A stretch of 64,000 nucleotides of DNA from Felis catus (taxonomy: Eukaryota): assembly GCF_018350175.1 (NCBI RefSeq), contig NC_058368.1, positions 125,180,001 through 125,244,000 of the forward strand. The letters are read 5' to 3'. The translations under genes were made by a program, and so were the position numbers. The notes under the pieces are model-generated. The model did no database searches, was not told the DNA's origin, and saw only the letters and a list, made by a program, of their open reading frames with translations. Shown here in pieces: positions 28,052-42,145 of the stretch. How positions within the stretch are numbered: the stretch's first letter is position 1; every line of letters starts with the position of its first letter.

Positions 28052-28598
28052 TCACAAAGAGTTTCTCCTTGACCAAACTCCAGCCAGGATCCTCTGAGCC
28101 TCTGAGCTGGAGAAAGTAGGCTTCAATCTTGATCTATAAAAAACTTAAACAAACACTGACAGTTGCTAACATTCCAAAGCTACATCCCTAGGATGACAAT
28201 AGCACTTAAAGTGCCTACCAGAGAAAACTCAATGTTGCTAAAAGAACTTACTGTGTGTTCTAGCCAACACTTAAAGATGGAACCCCTGTCTCCCACTCTC
28301 TGTGGAAAGGCAGAACTCTTGACTTTGATAAGGGCAAATTAACAAGCTCAAATGTGTTACACACAGGAAACCCACCCCCTTCCCAAACTTTTTGGGAGTT
28401 TTCATTTCCCTGATTGCATGGAGCCCCTGCTCTCCCCTCTCCCTTTTCCTTTATCCTCCCTTTAAAATGCCAGTCACTTCTGTACAAATTGAAGTTGAGT
28501 TCAGTTCACACAGGACTCTTTCCCCTGTTGCGATACTATATAACTGATTAAAATTTGTCCTTACCATTTTTATCGTGTCTAGCTTTGTCTGTCTGATA
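28052..28598 (+). mobile_element. MER34/MER31-like ERV1 solo LTR
   Basis: The start (CAAAGAGTTTCTCCTTGACCAAACTCCAGCCAGGATCCTCTGAGCC) resembles the recalled MER34 consensus. ATTAAA lies near the 3' end, and a 4-bp TSD GTTT flanks both sides. Confidence 0.7.
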
Positions 28599-31313
28599 GT
28601 TTCCAGGGGTTTCCAATAATCTACTTCTCTGCTGACATAACCACAACCTTCAAGTGTTCCTCTTGGGTAAGTCCAGCCTGTTTATCTGAGTCCATATATG
28701 GCTCATGCATCCTCTATAGCACCAAACTTTGGATGCAGGCCTTTCCCAACACAGCCTGCTTGCTTAGCTCTTCTGTCAGAAAAGCAGGCCATCACAGTCT
28801 TGAGACTTTCAGACCAGAGTCTGGTGTCCTGTCTTCCAAACTTCCCTCTTCATTACCTTAGGAATAGACTAAGCATCCTCCTCCTTTTGCCCATTGCCTA
28901 GGGTGTTTGGGGAGCTTGGAGAACCTCAGTACAATAATACAGTGGGTGTTTGATATTCATTTTCTTTCCTTCCTAGAAACTAATTCTGACTCCTACAAAT
29001 ATAGATGGACTCATCGGTATCTTACTCTTTGTTGCATCCTCAGCATTTACCTGGTGCCTAGGTCACAGTGAGCTTTATATCTATTTGTTTAATGGCTGAA
29101 TGACCACGCCATTGGAAAGTACACTTTATGTAAGTTAAAGAAAAGAACCACAAAGAAAATGCTGAGTAAGGTTATTTTCCTGTTTTGGTTTTCTTTCTTA
29201 TCCAATTTTATTTTCTCATTGCAATTCTACTTTCTCTCACTCTTTGAGTCACCAGCATCTTTTCCTCAAAGTGGGAAATTACCTTCCTTCACTACCTATT
29301 CATTCTGCACTTCTAAAAGTTTGGGTGAATTCATCCTTCGCAGTAGGAAAGAATACTAACTGTAAGGAGACTTCCCAGAATCTTTCTCAGATTCCCTTTT
29401 CATTCTGTTGAAGTGAAAAGAGCTTCTGCCCTGGATGATAGAGGAAAATTGGATAGGATAAATTGTTTCCTTTTCAATTTATTTTCCACAAAAGGGATCC
29501 TGCTTTAAACGGAAACTTATTTATAGATAGAATAAGTGGATTTGATTTTTCTTTGGGCTAGCCATAGTGTCGATACAAAGGACAGAAAAACACCAGAAGT
29601 GTTACGCTTACCCCATTGGTTGTTTCAGACAGCCAGTTTCTTTACCAGAAACTGAAAATCTGTCACAAATGACTTTGAATATCATGGATGAAAGAAAACA
29701 TTGCATAGTATCAATCACTTTACAGGACAAAGACCCTGAATTTGTAGATACTCCTTGGACGGAAAGGGACAGAAACCCAACACAAACTAATAAACAATAA
29801 AGGGATTTATTTGCTTACATTTGCTTATATATGAATATATATACGAATACATACACACACACACATATGTTTTGTTTTGTTTACAAAAACAGTCCTCTTT
29901 AAACTCCTTCCAAGTTTGAGGATTTACCAGATGGCAATCCCTTACACTCCTTGGTTATCCATTCCAATATTTAATAAATTTTTCCCCTTCAAAATCATCT
30001 CCTTATTTCTAGTGAAAATCATTCATGTTTTAATTTATAAACACATTTATTTTGTTGTAATCTTGATAGTGATGTCAAACAGCAGTAACAAACATTGCTT
30101 TAATAACATTACGGCTTCGAAAAAGAGAAAATTAGAAAGAAAAAGGAAAGAAAATCAAGGAGGAAAAGACACAAAATACATGCAAAGTAACTCCAAGAGT
30201 AAAGAAAATAGTTCTAAGATAACAGTAGCCTTAGTTGTCATGAGTGAGTGCTGGAGATGACTGAAGTTAACAATGGTGCCTGGAGTTAATAGGGGTGCCT
30301 GGATGGCTCAGTTGATTAAGTGGCTTACTCTTAATCTCGGCTCAGGTCATGATCTCACGGTTTCATGAGTTCGAGCATTGCTTCAAGGTTTGTGCTGACA
30401 GCATGGCGCTTGCTTGGGATTCTCTCTCTTCTTCTCTCTGCCCCACACCCCACCCTTCTTACACTGTCTGTCTCTCTCAAAAATAAATAAATAAACTTAA
30501 CAAAAAAAACCCCACAATGGGATATAGAGCTTATTATGGAAACTTTGCCAACTTGTATTTCTTTCCCATTGGATTTTGTGGTTTAAGATTTGTACCCACT
30601 ACATATCCCAAACTGAATTCATGATTACGTCTTCCACTTAACCTATTTCTCTGCCTCTGTCTCCTAGCTCAAGGAATGCCACCAGCATCAACTCAAGGGT
30701 TTAAATTGGAAACTCCATTTAATCTTGGATTTTTTTTCTTGCCCTATCTTCACAAACATTTAAACATAACATTCTATGTATCCACTCTTGAATCTCTTCA
30801 CATCTCTCCCTCCCCACTCACTCACACATTTCTCATGAAATCTAGAGTCCAGTGGGTGATGCATATATCCAAACAATAACCATATAAATAACCGCTTAAT
30901 TTGTAATTAAATAATTTATCATTTATAATTATGTTCAGTGCTAAGGAGCGATCAGGGTATCAAAGAAGGCTACCTAAGGAAGTGACATTTAGGCTAAGAC
31001 TTTAAAGCTTGTAAGAACTGGTGGTTGAAAATGGGGGAGCATATGTGTTCCAGCCAGAAGGAACAGTCTGTATGATAACCCTTCTCACAATTGTATGTGT
31101 TAGAAACAAAATGGAGGATAATTATGATGTGTAGGAGAAACTGAAAGATGGTTAGGCTGGTCTCAGCCACCATCACCTTTCATTTGGATTACTGCAATAG
31201 CCTCTTACCTTCTTTCTCTTCCTGGAGTTTCATTTCCTTAATGTTTTCAGAGGATCACAAGCAGCCTCCTTGTAAAGTATGAATCTTATCATAACTCTCT
31301 CTTACTTAAAATA

Positions 31314-32097
31314 CATTAGTCTCCCCTTATCTAGAGGGAGTAAGTTCTAACAACTCCGTGGATGCCTGAAACCACAGATAGTACCACACTTTATGTTTTT
31401 TTCCTATACATACATACCTATGATAAAGTTTAATTTTTTTTAAGTTTAATTTATAAATTAGTGACAGTAGATTAACAACAATAAATCATAATAAAATAGA
31501 GCACTTATAACAATATACTTAGTCCTTGAACAACAGGATTAGGGGTGCTGACCACGTAGTCAAAAATTCGCCTATAACTTTTGACTCCCCCAATATTTAG
31601 CTAATAGCTTAGTGTTGACCAGAACCTTACCGAGAAAAGTCAATTAATGTATATTTTGTGTATGTATTACATACTGTATTCTTACAATAAAGCAAGCTAG
31701 AGAAAAGAAAGTGTTAAGAGAATCATAAGGAAAAGAAAATACATTTACTGTACTGTACTTATATACAAAAAAAAAACCCTCACATATAAGTGGACCTACA
31801 CAGTTCAAACCAATGTTTTTCAAGGGTCAACTGTATATATAAAAAAAGTTATTTGAAAGTGATCTCTCTCAAAATATCTTATTGTACTGTACTTACCCTT
31901 CTTGTGGTGATGTGAGATGATAAAATGCCTCTGTGAGGAGAAGAAATGAGGTGAAGGACACAGGCATTGTGACGTGGAGTTAGGCTACTACTGACCTTCT
32001 GATGATACATCAGAGGATCCTTTACTTCTGGATCCTGGTTTACTGTGAGTAACTGAAACCTTGGAAAGCAGAACTGCAGATAAAGGGGGACAAAATG
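31314..32097 (+). mobile_element. MER44 (Tigger7-family) DNA transposon, interrupted
   Basis: Terminal inverted repeats CATTAGTCTCCCCTTATCT ... AGATAAAGGGGGACAAAATG, flanked by TA. Confidence 0.75.
31518..31833 (+). mobile_element. Tigger2/MER8-like MITE nested in the MER44
   Basis: Ends ...TCCTTGAACAACA and TGTTTTTCAAGGGTCAACTG with TA flanks. MER44 sequence resumes afterwards. Confidence 0.7.
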
Positions 32098-32660
32098 TAA
32101 AAGACTCTCCAAACCCTTCAGAATAAACATGTGATCTTCCTAGCAGAGGGTCAAAGCCCTTTTATTATGGTCTCTGTGTTGTTTTGTAGCCCTCTCTCAT
32201 GGTTCCCAGCACCCTGTATGGTGGCAGTCACTTCTCTTTGCATCTTTGTAAATGCCGTGTTCTGGCTTATTTTCATCCTTTTCTCCTGGAATTCTGTTTG
32301 ACTCATCAGACTTAGTTTTTTCTTTTTCTTTTTCTTTTAAAGTACTCTCCACATCCAATGTGGGGCTCAAACTCATGATCCTAAGACCTTGATACCAAAG
32401 ATCATATGCACTACTGACCAAGCCAACTAGGCACCCCCATCAGACTCAGTTTTTAAGGCTTCTTCTTGGAAAGACATGTCATAGCACTCTATGCATGCCT
32501 CTAACAGCACTTGGCAGTCTTAAAGTTCATTCACTCAACAAATAACATTGAGTGGTTACTATTACTAGGCCCTGCTCTAGACACTGGAGGAACAGGCAGC
32601 AAACAAAATAGATATTATGTCAGCTTCATCTCTCAGGCTGTAAGAATCTGGAGGACAGAT

Positions 32661-32661
<1 letters not shown>

Positions 32662-32708
<47 letters not shown>
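32662..32708. repeat. (GT)n microsatellite
   Basis: Perfect run of about 23 GT units next to a SINE tail. Confidence 0.95.
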
Positions 32709-32709
<1 letters not shown>

Positions 32710-34934
32710 TTTAAGTTTATTTATTTATTTTTGGTGGGTGAGAGGGGCAGAGAGACAGGGAGAGAGGGAATCCCTAGTGGGCAGGGCACCCGACTTAGGG
32801 CATGAACTCACAAACTGTGAGATCATGACCTGACCCAAAATAGAGTTGGATGATTAACAGACTGAACCTCCCAGGCACCCCGGACAGATTGTGTCCTAAT
32901 CATTCCTATACCCTCAATACATAGCATAGCAACAGCACCTAGTATAATAAATCTGATCTGACCTGCGCTAGGATTCAAGCCCAGGCCTAACTCTAAAGCT
33001 CAGGATGTTTCCAGTACTATGTGGAATCAAGATTAATCTGAGTCTATTAAAGTAAAAATAGTAGCAGTATTAAGAAAATGGCAGCATGGATCACAACTAA
33101 CTGGGACCTGGTTCATCATAAATACTAGTAAATGATGTTATTTTGCCAAATCTTCCTTAAAACTACCATCATTGGCTTAATGACTTACCCACTGGCATTT
33201 ATCATAATTTTTCTACCACTTACTTCTTTTTCCTTTCCAAACACACTCTAAATTCAGAAACATTACTATATGGTTTATAGGAGGAAAAAGTAGATGCAAT
33301 TTAAATGTCTTTCCAGAAGACACTGGTTAAATAAGATAAGGTGAATTCTTTCAATGGATTATTACATAATTCTTAAAAATAATAAGTATCAAGTATACTG
33401 ACATGGAAAGATGTCCATATATTATTAAGTTGAAAAACAAATTACAGAATAGTATATATAAATCAATTTTATTAAATATATGTTTCTATGTATAGAAAAA
33501 ATCTACAAGGATGGGGCGCCTGGGTAGTTCAGTCAGTTAAGCATCTGACTTCAGTTCAGGTCATACTCTCGCGGTTTGTGAGTTCAAACCCTGCGTGGAG
33601 CTCTGTGCTGACAGCGCCAAGCCTGGAGCCTGCTTTGAGTTCTGTGTGTCCCTTTCTCTCTGTCCCTCCCCCACTCACAATCTCTCTCAAAAATGAATAA
33701 ACATTTAAAAAATTTTTAAAAAAAGAAAAAACCTAGAAGGATCACAACAAACTTCATAAAAGTTTCACTCTAGAAGTATAGTTGGACTTTACTTCTAATT
33801 TATATACTTTTGCAGTATTCGAATATTTTTAAGTGTATATTATTTTCATAATTAAAAGGAAGAAAAAGGTTAAAGTATAATCAAATATGCTCTCATGATA
33901 TAAACCATTATTTTATTTTATTATTAAAAATATAATTTTTATTTATATTATTAAATATTATTTTATAATATTTATTTTATTTTAATATTATTAAAAAAAT
34001 TTTTTAACGTTTAGTTTTTTGCGAGAGATGGGGGAGAGAGAGACAGACAGAGTGTGAGCAGGGGAGGGGCAGAGAAAGAGAGGGAGACAGAATTCTAAGT
34101 AGGTTCCAGGCTCTGAGCTGTTAACACAGAGCCCAACTCGGGGCTCAAACTCATGGACCATGAGATCATGACCTGAATTGAAGTAGCATGCTTAACCTAC
34201 TGAGCCACCTCTGCTGCCCTATTATTTTTAATATTTATTTATTTTTGAGAGACAGAACATGAGCCAGGGAGGGGCAGGAGAGGGGACAGAGGATCCAAAG
34301 TGGGCTCCGCGCTGACAGCAGTGAGCCTGATGTGGAGCTCGAATCCATGAACCATGAGATTACAACCTGCGCTGAAGTCAGATGCTCAATGCTCAACGCT
34401 CAACCGACTAAGCCACCTAGGAGCCCCACCACTTTAATTCCTATGAATTTTAATAAAAGCCAGTTAGTGTGAACACAGTTTCTAGTCTCAGTAAAGTTGG
34501 AGTGACCTATAATCTCTACTCCTAAAACTTAAAGGCTTCCTAAAGTATCAAAACTAGAAATTTTCAGGTTTTACTTCCATCTCTGATAACGTTTGATTGA
34601 AATCGACCACAAATCTTTTTTAAAAACTGTAAAATGTGTTTTTTTACCTCATCTACAACCATTTACATGCTTATATTCCTGCTGTAGGTGTAAAACTGTT
34701 AAAGCTGTGTAAGAGAAGGCTGTGTTTTGGAAGTCACATATTGGGAGAGAACGTTTTAAAACTTTTGCTGGTAATTTGTGCTCATGCTAATGGTGTTCCT
34801 CCACACCTCCTGGTACAGAGTGGGGAGCACAGAAGTGGACATGCCAATAAGGGAAACTGGGCCACCCATAACTGAAGCCTGGAGGAATATTTGTCAACGT
34901 ATGTATCTGCTTTGTTTAAGAAGTAACTGTTGGG

Positions 34935-35377
34935 CTCCCTGTTTTTATATTATTTTTGTTTTAATTTTATATTTATTATTATATTTTATAAATAACATGT
35001 TATTTATGTAATATATATTATGTATTTTTATAAATAATATATATATAATTATATATATTATTTATTATTTTATATGACTTATATTATTTTGTTTGTATTT
35101 TTGTCTCCCTGTTTTTATATTATTTTTGTTTCCTTTCCCTTATGTTCATCTGTTTTGACTCTTAGAGTCCTCATATGATACAAAAACAGGGACAGGGACA
35201 AAACATAATAGACTCTTAAATATGGAGAACAAACAGAGGGTTACTGGACGGGTTGTGGGAGGGGGTATGGGCTAAATGGGTAAGGGGCATTAAGGAATCT
35301 ACTCCTGAAATCATTGTTGCACTATATGCTAACTAATTTGGATGTAAATTAAAAAAAAAAAAATTAAAAAAAAAAAA
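34935..35377 (+). mobile_element. Short L1 3' end with 5' inversion
   Basis: 35179-35377 matches the 3'UTR and tail of the L1 at ~5700-5940. 35103-35178 is the reverse complement of the adjacent upstream L1 segment. TSD AAGAAGTAA(C/G)TGTTGGG. Confidence 0.85.
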
Positions 35378-35391
35378 AAGAAGTAAGTGTT

Positions 35392-35845
35392 GGGGCACCT
35401 GGGTGGCTCAGTTGGTTAAGCTTCTGACTTCAGTCCAGGTCAAGACTCTGGTACTTGAGTTCAAGCCCTGCATCAGGCTCTGGGCTAACAGCTCAGAGCC
35501 TGGAGCCTGCTTCCGATTCTGTCTCTCTCTCTCTCTGCCCCTCCCCTGATCACGCTCTGTCTCTGTCTCTCTCAAAAATAAGTAAAACAGGGGCACCTGG
35601 GTGGCTCAGTCAGTTGAGCGACCGACTTCGGCTCAGATCATGATCTCGCGGTCTGTGAGTTCGAGCCCCGCATCGGGCTCTGTCCTGACAGCTCAGAGCC
35701 TGGAGCCTATTTCGGATTCTGTGTCTCCTTCTCTCTCTGCCCCTCCCCCGCTCATACTGTCTCTCTCTCTCTCTCTCTCTCTGTGTCAAAAATAAATAAA
35801 CATAAAAAAATTTTTTTTAAATAAGTAAAACATTAAGAAAAATCA
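35392..35845 (+). mobile_element. Can-SINE with a second SINE (35590-35818) inserted in its tail
   Basis: Inner TSD AAATAAGTAAAACA at 35576-35589 / 35819-35832. Confidence 0.9.
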
Positions 35846-36430
35846 AATAAGTGTCAATTTTCTCATCAAAAGGGAGAAAATCTTGATAATTTAAATTTAT
35901 AATCACAGAGGAAACCTTAATAGAATCAGGACTATTTTCTGATGGTAAGAAGGTCAGAAAAGTTAATCAAAAATATAATCATCCTTATTGTGTTAAAAAT
36001 AAAGAGATCATACAACTAGCATAAACGGTTTTAAATTAGGAAATCAAATCTTACATTAGTCTTTAAAATGGAATATAGACAAAATGAAGACTTTTTAAAC
36101 TATGGGGAATTTTAGAACATATAAAATTAAAAATGGACACAAAACCATATATATGGGGTGCCGGGGTGCCTCAGTTGGTTAAGTTTATGGCTCTTGATAT
36201 TGACTCAGGTCGTGATCTCATGGTGGTGAGATGGAACCCCGTGCTTTAGGCTCTGTGCAGAGCATGGAGCCTGCTTGGGATATTCTCTCTCTCTGTCTCT
36301 CGTTCTCTTTCTGCTTTGCCCCTCCCCTGCTCATGCTTTCTCTCAAACAAATAAACAAACAAACAAAGACCATGCAACTCTTGATCTTAGGGTCATGAGC
36401 TCAAGCCCCATGCTGGATATAGAGATTACA

Positions 36431-36473
<43 letters not shown>

Positions 36474-37709
36474 AATTAAGAAAATTATTTTTAAAATGTT
36501 TTTATTTTCATTAACCAGTCTTTCCTCCAACCAGGTAGTATTTATGGAGTACTTACCCTGTGCCCAGTTTTGTACCAGGTTTTGGGGACACAACAGGGAA
36601 CAAAACAGGTATGGGCTCTTGCCTTACGAAATCCAGTGAGGAGAGGGACCCATTAAATGAATCAGTACAAAATTGTGAAACATGCTAGGCAGAAAGAGTA
36701 GCATGCAAATGTATTTTTTTTTATGATACCAAAGAGAAAACCTTTGTGAATTTCCCATTTTTTCCAAGTTAGGTGGTTGAGCCTCAACTCAGACTGTCTG
36801 TCAATCACCAGAGTGTAATAGCAGGACCATAATCTGTAGTCAACAGAGAACAAGCGAGGACCTCTGCACCTAGGCAGTGACCTCAAACAGGTCAGGCTGT
36901 GTGGGTGCATGGGAACAGGAGCTGAGTGGGGTATGGATGCTTCAGTCATCTGCCTGCCAGTTATATTTATTGAGGACCTTCTATGGATTGAGCATTGTTT
37001 TAGGGACAGGTAATGAATGGAATAAGGGTCTCACCATCTAGAAAGAGGGACACACAGGAGAATAAATAGTGATACAAGTGAGTGTAAATCCATGTGAGAG
37101 TCCAGAGAAGGAAGTTCTGAGCTTTACCTGATTGTGGTTTACTTGAGTGTTATTTGAACAAGGTTTCCAGGTATTAGAAATAAGAATTTGCAAAGCGGAG
37201 AGTGGGGAGGAGAAAGGCAATCTAGTTAAAGGGAATAATATTTGCATAGAATGTTCAAGAACAAGGGAAATTCTGAGAACTGCAGTTAGTATGAGGCTAA
37301 AACAAAGACTAAAGGTAGGGAGGTGGTACATTGAACAAATATTGGAGACTTTACATCGCGGCTGAAACTTTGCTAATTGCTATGAATAAAGAAGGAAAAG
37401 ATAAAATTTCTGCTTTCAAGGATATTTTGAATTCAGTGGTAGAAATAAGTAAGAAAATTGGCAATAAGAATCTAGGGTAATAAGTGTAGGAAAAATGCTA
37501 AGGAAGTTCCTGCACACCCTTTAAGGCTCAAGGTAGAAGTAGGAATGGATAGATAATTAATCAAAGGGGTACGCACAGGATTGTACAATGGGAACACAGA
37601 AAAGGGACTTTGGATATAATTTTGAATGATTCAAGGTTTCCTACACAAATATTTCATTATATTCTTCAATTGTTGCAGATCACTGCATAATTAAATTTTA
37701 TGTATTTTT

Positions 37710-40602
37710 TTTATTTAAAAAAATTTTTTATTTATTATTTTTGAGAGAGAAAGAGACAGACAGACAGAGAGCAAGCAGGGAAGGGGCAGAGAGAGAGGGA
37801 GACACAGAATCAGAAGCAGGCTCCAGGTTCTGAGCACTCAGGACAGAGCCCAACGCAGGGCTCGAACACACAGACCACGAAATCATGACCTGAGCTGTAG
37901 TTGGCCGCCCAACCAAACCACTGAGCCACCCAGGTGCCCCAAATTTTTTAAAAATAAACTTTATTTTAGAGAGTGAGAGAGAGAGAGAGAGTGAGCTGGG
38001 AAGAGGGGCAGAGGGAGAGAGAGAATTTTAAGCAGGTTCCACGCTCAGCCCAATCAGGGCTCCATCCCACTACCCTGGGATCTTGACCCGAGCCAAAATC
38101 AAGAGTCAGACACTCAACTAAATAAGCCACCCTGGTGCCCCAGGTAATTAAGTTTTAAACATTAAATTACTATAAAATAGTATATTCAAATAGCACAGCA
38201 ATGAATAAAATAAAGAATCCTGATTTAATGAACATTAAAGAATTATTTTTTAGGCATCATGATGATGATGAAGCTACACTTTTATCTCTTAACAAAACAT
38301 ATTGAACACCTCTGACAGTGTATTATAGGTCTACCTTATTTTTTTTTAAGAGCTGTATTCTGTTACATCAAAGTGCCTTACTTTTGGTTTTAAGAGACAG
38401 CAAGAGAATCTTTTTTTTTTTTTTAATATTTATTCATTTTTGAGAGACAGAGAATGAGTGGGGGAGGGGCAGGGAGAGGGAGACACAGAATCCCAAGCAG
38501 GCTCCAGGCTCTGAGCTGTCAGCACAGAGCCCAACGTGGGGCTCGAACCCATGAACTGTAAGATCATGACCTGATCTGAAGTCAGATGCTTAACCAACTA
38601 AGCCACCCAGGTACCCCAATGAGAGAGAGAATCTTAACCAGGCTCCATGCCTGATGTGGGGCTTGATCTCACGCGTGACCAGGAGATCATGACCTGAGCT
38701 GAAATCACGAATTGGATACTTAACCAACTGAGCTACCCAGAAACCCTTTTACCTTAGTTTTTTCACCAGTATTCTGTTGGCAGATATTAGGTTTCTTAGT
38801 TTTCCCTGTTACAAATAAGTTGGAAATGTTTATATATCACTGTATATTTGGGCTAACATTAATTTGGAGCAAGTTATTTAATCTCTTTGTGGCTGATATC
38901 TATAACATCATTGAGAGAATTATCAAACTAATTTAATTAAACTCTCTTGCACAGAGCTAAAGAAATGTTCTGAACTACTATGTTATATTTATTAATAAAC
39001 TAATTATGTGATAAATCCTTTTAGTTTTCAGTAAATGAATAAAATAAAATAATGGAAAACATGCTGGTTGGAGACAGGTTCTTGTATTTAATTGTTCAAT
39101 TTGCTTTTTAAAAACTGATTAGAAAAGTAACATAACCTCTTATCAAGTCTAAATAATAAAAATAAAGATCCTCTATTATTCTGCCACCTAGAACTAAGCA
39201 CAGCCAACATTTTTGTAATATTCAGTCAGATTTTCTCATTTGGTACATACTTCAATTTGCCAAAAATGGGACATTAGTTTTAAAATCTACCTTTTCTCTT
39301 TCTTTCTTTCTGTATTACTACCTTTTATTTTTGTTATTGGTATGCTGTGAATAAAAACGTTTTTTGGATGGTAGGCTGTGAAATTTATTTCATATGACCA
39401 TTAAAAAATGTTTGTTTATTTATTTTGGTGGGGGGGGAGGGCAGAGGGAGAGAGAGAGAATCCCAAGCAGGGTCCACCCTCAACTCTGAGCCCCAGTCCA
39501 ACTCGGGGCTTGATCTCATGACCATGAGATCATGACCTGAGCTGATATCAAGAGTCAGATGCCTAAGTTACTGAGCCACCCAAGCGGCCCCTATCCCCCA
39601 CCCCCCTTTCCTTCCACAAAAAAGCACATCATCATGTTTGTTTGCTTATTTTTAAGTAATCTCTATACCCAATGTGGGGTTTGAACTCATCCAAAGATCA
39701 AGAGTTGCATGCTCTACTGACTGAGCCATTCAGGTGGCCCTACACCATCCTTTTTAATGGCTTTGTATTCTATACATGGTTGTCCATAATTTATTTACTC
39801 AGTCTCTTTATTTATAGGAACTTAGGTTGTTTCCAATTTTTTTTGTAGTTATAAGCAATTTATCACAGAGTATCTTTATAAATTGTTGGAAACCTTTCCC
39901 ATTATTTTATTAAAATTGAGTCTAAGATGTAGAATAGCTGGGCAAAGTGTATCTTTAAAAAAATTTTTTTTTAATGTTTATTCATTTTTGAGAGAAAGAG
40001 AGCTGGGGAGCGGCAGAGAGAGAGGCAGACATAGAATCCAAAGCCTGGATGTGAGGCTGGAACCCATGAACCTTGAGATCATGACTAGAGCCAAAGTCAG
40101 AAGCTTAACTGACTGAGCCACCCAGGCACCCCAGCGTAAAGTGTATCTTAAAGATTTTTTTTTTTAAATGAAAGCCAAACTATCTTCCAGAAATGTTGTA
40201 TAGATTTTGATTCTTGATATGTTTAATGCAATTATGGTTATCTATTCCTTATATCCTCATCTAGGTTTTATTCTTTTAATGTCATTGCCAATCTAATAGG
40301 TGAAAAGTAGTATCTCATTGTTAGCTTTATTTTCATTTTAATGATTTCTAGTGAGGTAGAGTATCTTTCCTTTAAAATTCTTTTTTCTTAACATTTATTT
40401 ATTTTTGAGAGAGACAGAGAGAGAGAGACACAGAGTGCAGGTGGGGGAGATGCAAAGAGAGGGGGAGACACAGAATCCTAAGTAGGCTCCAGGCTCTGAG
40501 CTGTCAGTACAGACCCAGACATGGCGCTCAATCCCATGAACCGTGACATCATGACCTGAGCCAAAGTCAGACGCTTAACCGACTGAACCCCCCAGGCGTC
40601 CC
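37710..40602 (-). mobile_element. Run of about 8 minus-strand Can-SINEs upstream of the promoter
   Basis: Antisense SINEs ending ...GAGCCACCCAGG.GCCCC at ~37940, 38142, 38597, 38745, 39590, 39740, 40132 and 40602. Confidence 0.85.
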
Positions 40603-41255
40603 AGAACATATTTTCTTATAATTTCTGACACACACATTACCAACTTGTTTCTGTCCTTTGACTTTCTAAGAGTTAGTATAGTTATCTTTCATGATTTGTA
40701 AAAGCTCTTGATATGTAAATATAATTCAGATATTAAGGTAGTGACTATGTATGTACAATTAAATGTTAAGCAGTTTGTCATAGATTACAATTGTTTCTCC
40801 ATTTTATTTTTCAACTTTATGTCTTTTGCCATAGGACAGGCAATTTGTGGGTGTTCTATTATCAATTTTTTCTGTTGTTTTTACTTACACTGAAGCAGTG
40901 TAGTGTAAAGAATATGGATTAAGACTTTAGCAAATTTTAGAGGTACAGCCAAGCTGGTGGCGCTCAGCTTCCGTGTACCGCAAGCTTAAACGTTACTTAA
41001 CCTGAACCAGTTTTCCTCAACTGCAAAACGTGGCAAATAACACCCATTTCATAAGCTGGTATAAAGACAAAGTGCCTGGCACAGATAAGATATACAGCAT
41101 GTGTTAATTGTCTTTTCTTTGCTCTCGGTAAGGTATTAATTGCCCAAAGTGTCTATTTCCCCGATGCAAACTAAACTAGAAGGTTGGGAGGTGAAATTTT
41201 TGTTGAATTTACATTCAAACATTCTTTCAGGGAGCTTTTAGAAGCCGTCCATTAA

Positions 41256-41275
41256 ACTACAAATCCCATAATGCA
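41256..41275 (+). promoter_or_regulatory. ZNF143/THAP11-type motif ACTACAAATCCCATAATGCA
   Basis: Matches ACTAYRNNNCCCR followed by ATGCA, about 0.5 kb upstream of the island. Confidence 0.65.
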
Positions 41276-42145
41276 TATAAAAGGACTATAAAGTTACTGT
41301 GTATGAAGGCTTTGTGGCTTGGGGGAGTGCGGAGAGCCAAGGACTTAATTACTGGAATTTCTCTGGTTGAGACACCTCCCTTAACATTTTCCCTTAAACA
41401 CATGTGATTACTTTCATTCCTCTTAGAAAGCTAACTTCACAGGTTTCAAAGTAAGCCTCCTGTTACAAAGGGGGAAAGTATCGCAATTAGATAACTGTGA
41501 ATACCATTAAATTCATTAAAAAAAAATTGTGTGGGGTATGCCGGCCAGAGACAGTGTTGAAATAATTCTCACCTCATGTAGACTTAGCAGAAGGAAAAAT
41601 GATTAGCACGATTACATCTAGTAGCCATTTTTACCCTTTAAGAATCTGAGCTTAGTACCCACCGAGTTAGTCCCCTTTCTTCAGCCACTGGACTCCGGTA
41701 CAAATTGTTTATGTCTGACACACTCATATTTGCATTCGATGATGGATCCATTGCTTCAGGGCGCCCAATTAGCCCTGTGCCTGCACCACCAGCGTTCCGC
41801 CCGCGCAGGTCTGTGTACAGGCAAGCATGTGATCTCCCTTCCGCCCAGGCCCGAGCGCGGTACCAGGCGAGGGGCGCGCGCCGCGGCTCCTCGGAGCGTC
41901 CAGCCCGGGAAGACGCCGTTGCGCGCGCCACTACAGCTCGTGCGGCCGCTTCCCGGCTCAGCCTTCTCCCCTCACCCGCTCGGTGGCCCCACCATCACAG
42001 CCTCCGGGGCGGCCCCAGGTGGGGGAGGGGCGGGAGGAGGGGCTCCTCTGGGAGCGGCGGGGAATTCCCCCTTCCACCGAACGTTCCCGATTGTTCACCG
42101 TCCTCACGTCAGCAGCAGGGGGTAATCCCCGACTCCAGCTGCTCT

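Noticed and set aside
29877..30260. 127-aa ORF
   Set aside because: Non-ATG start, low-complexity AT-rich composition, and no splice or homology support.
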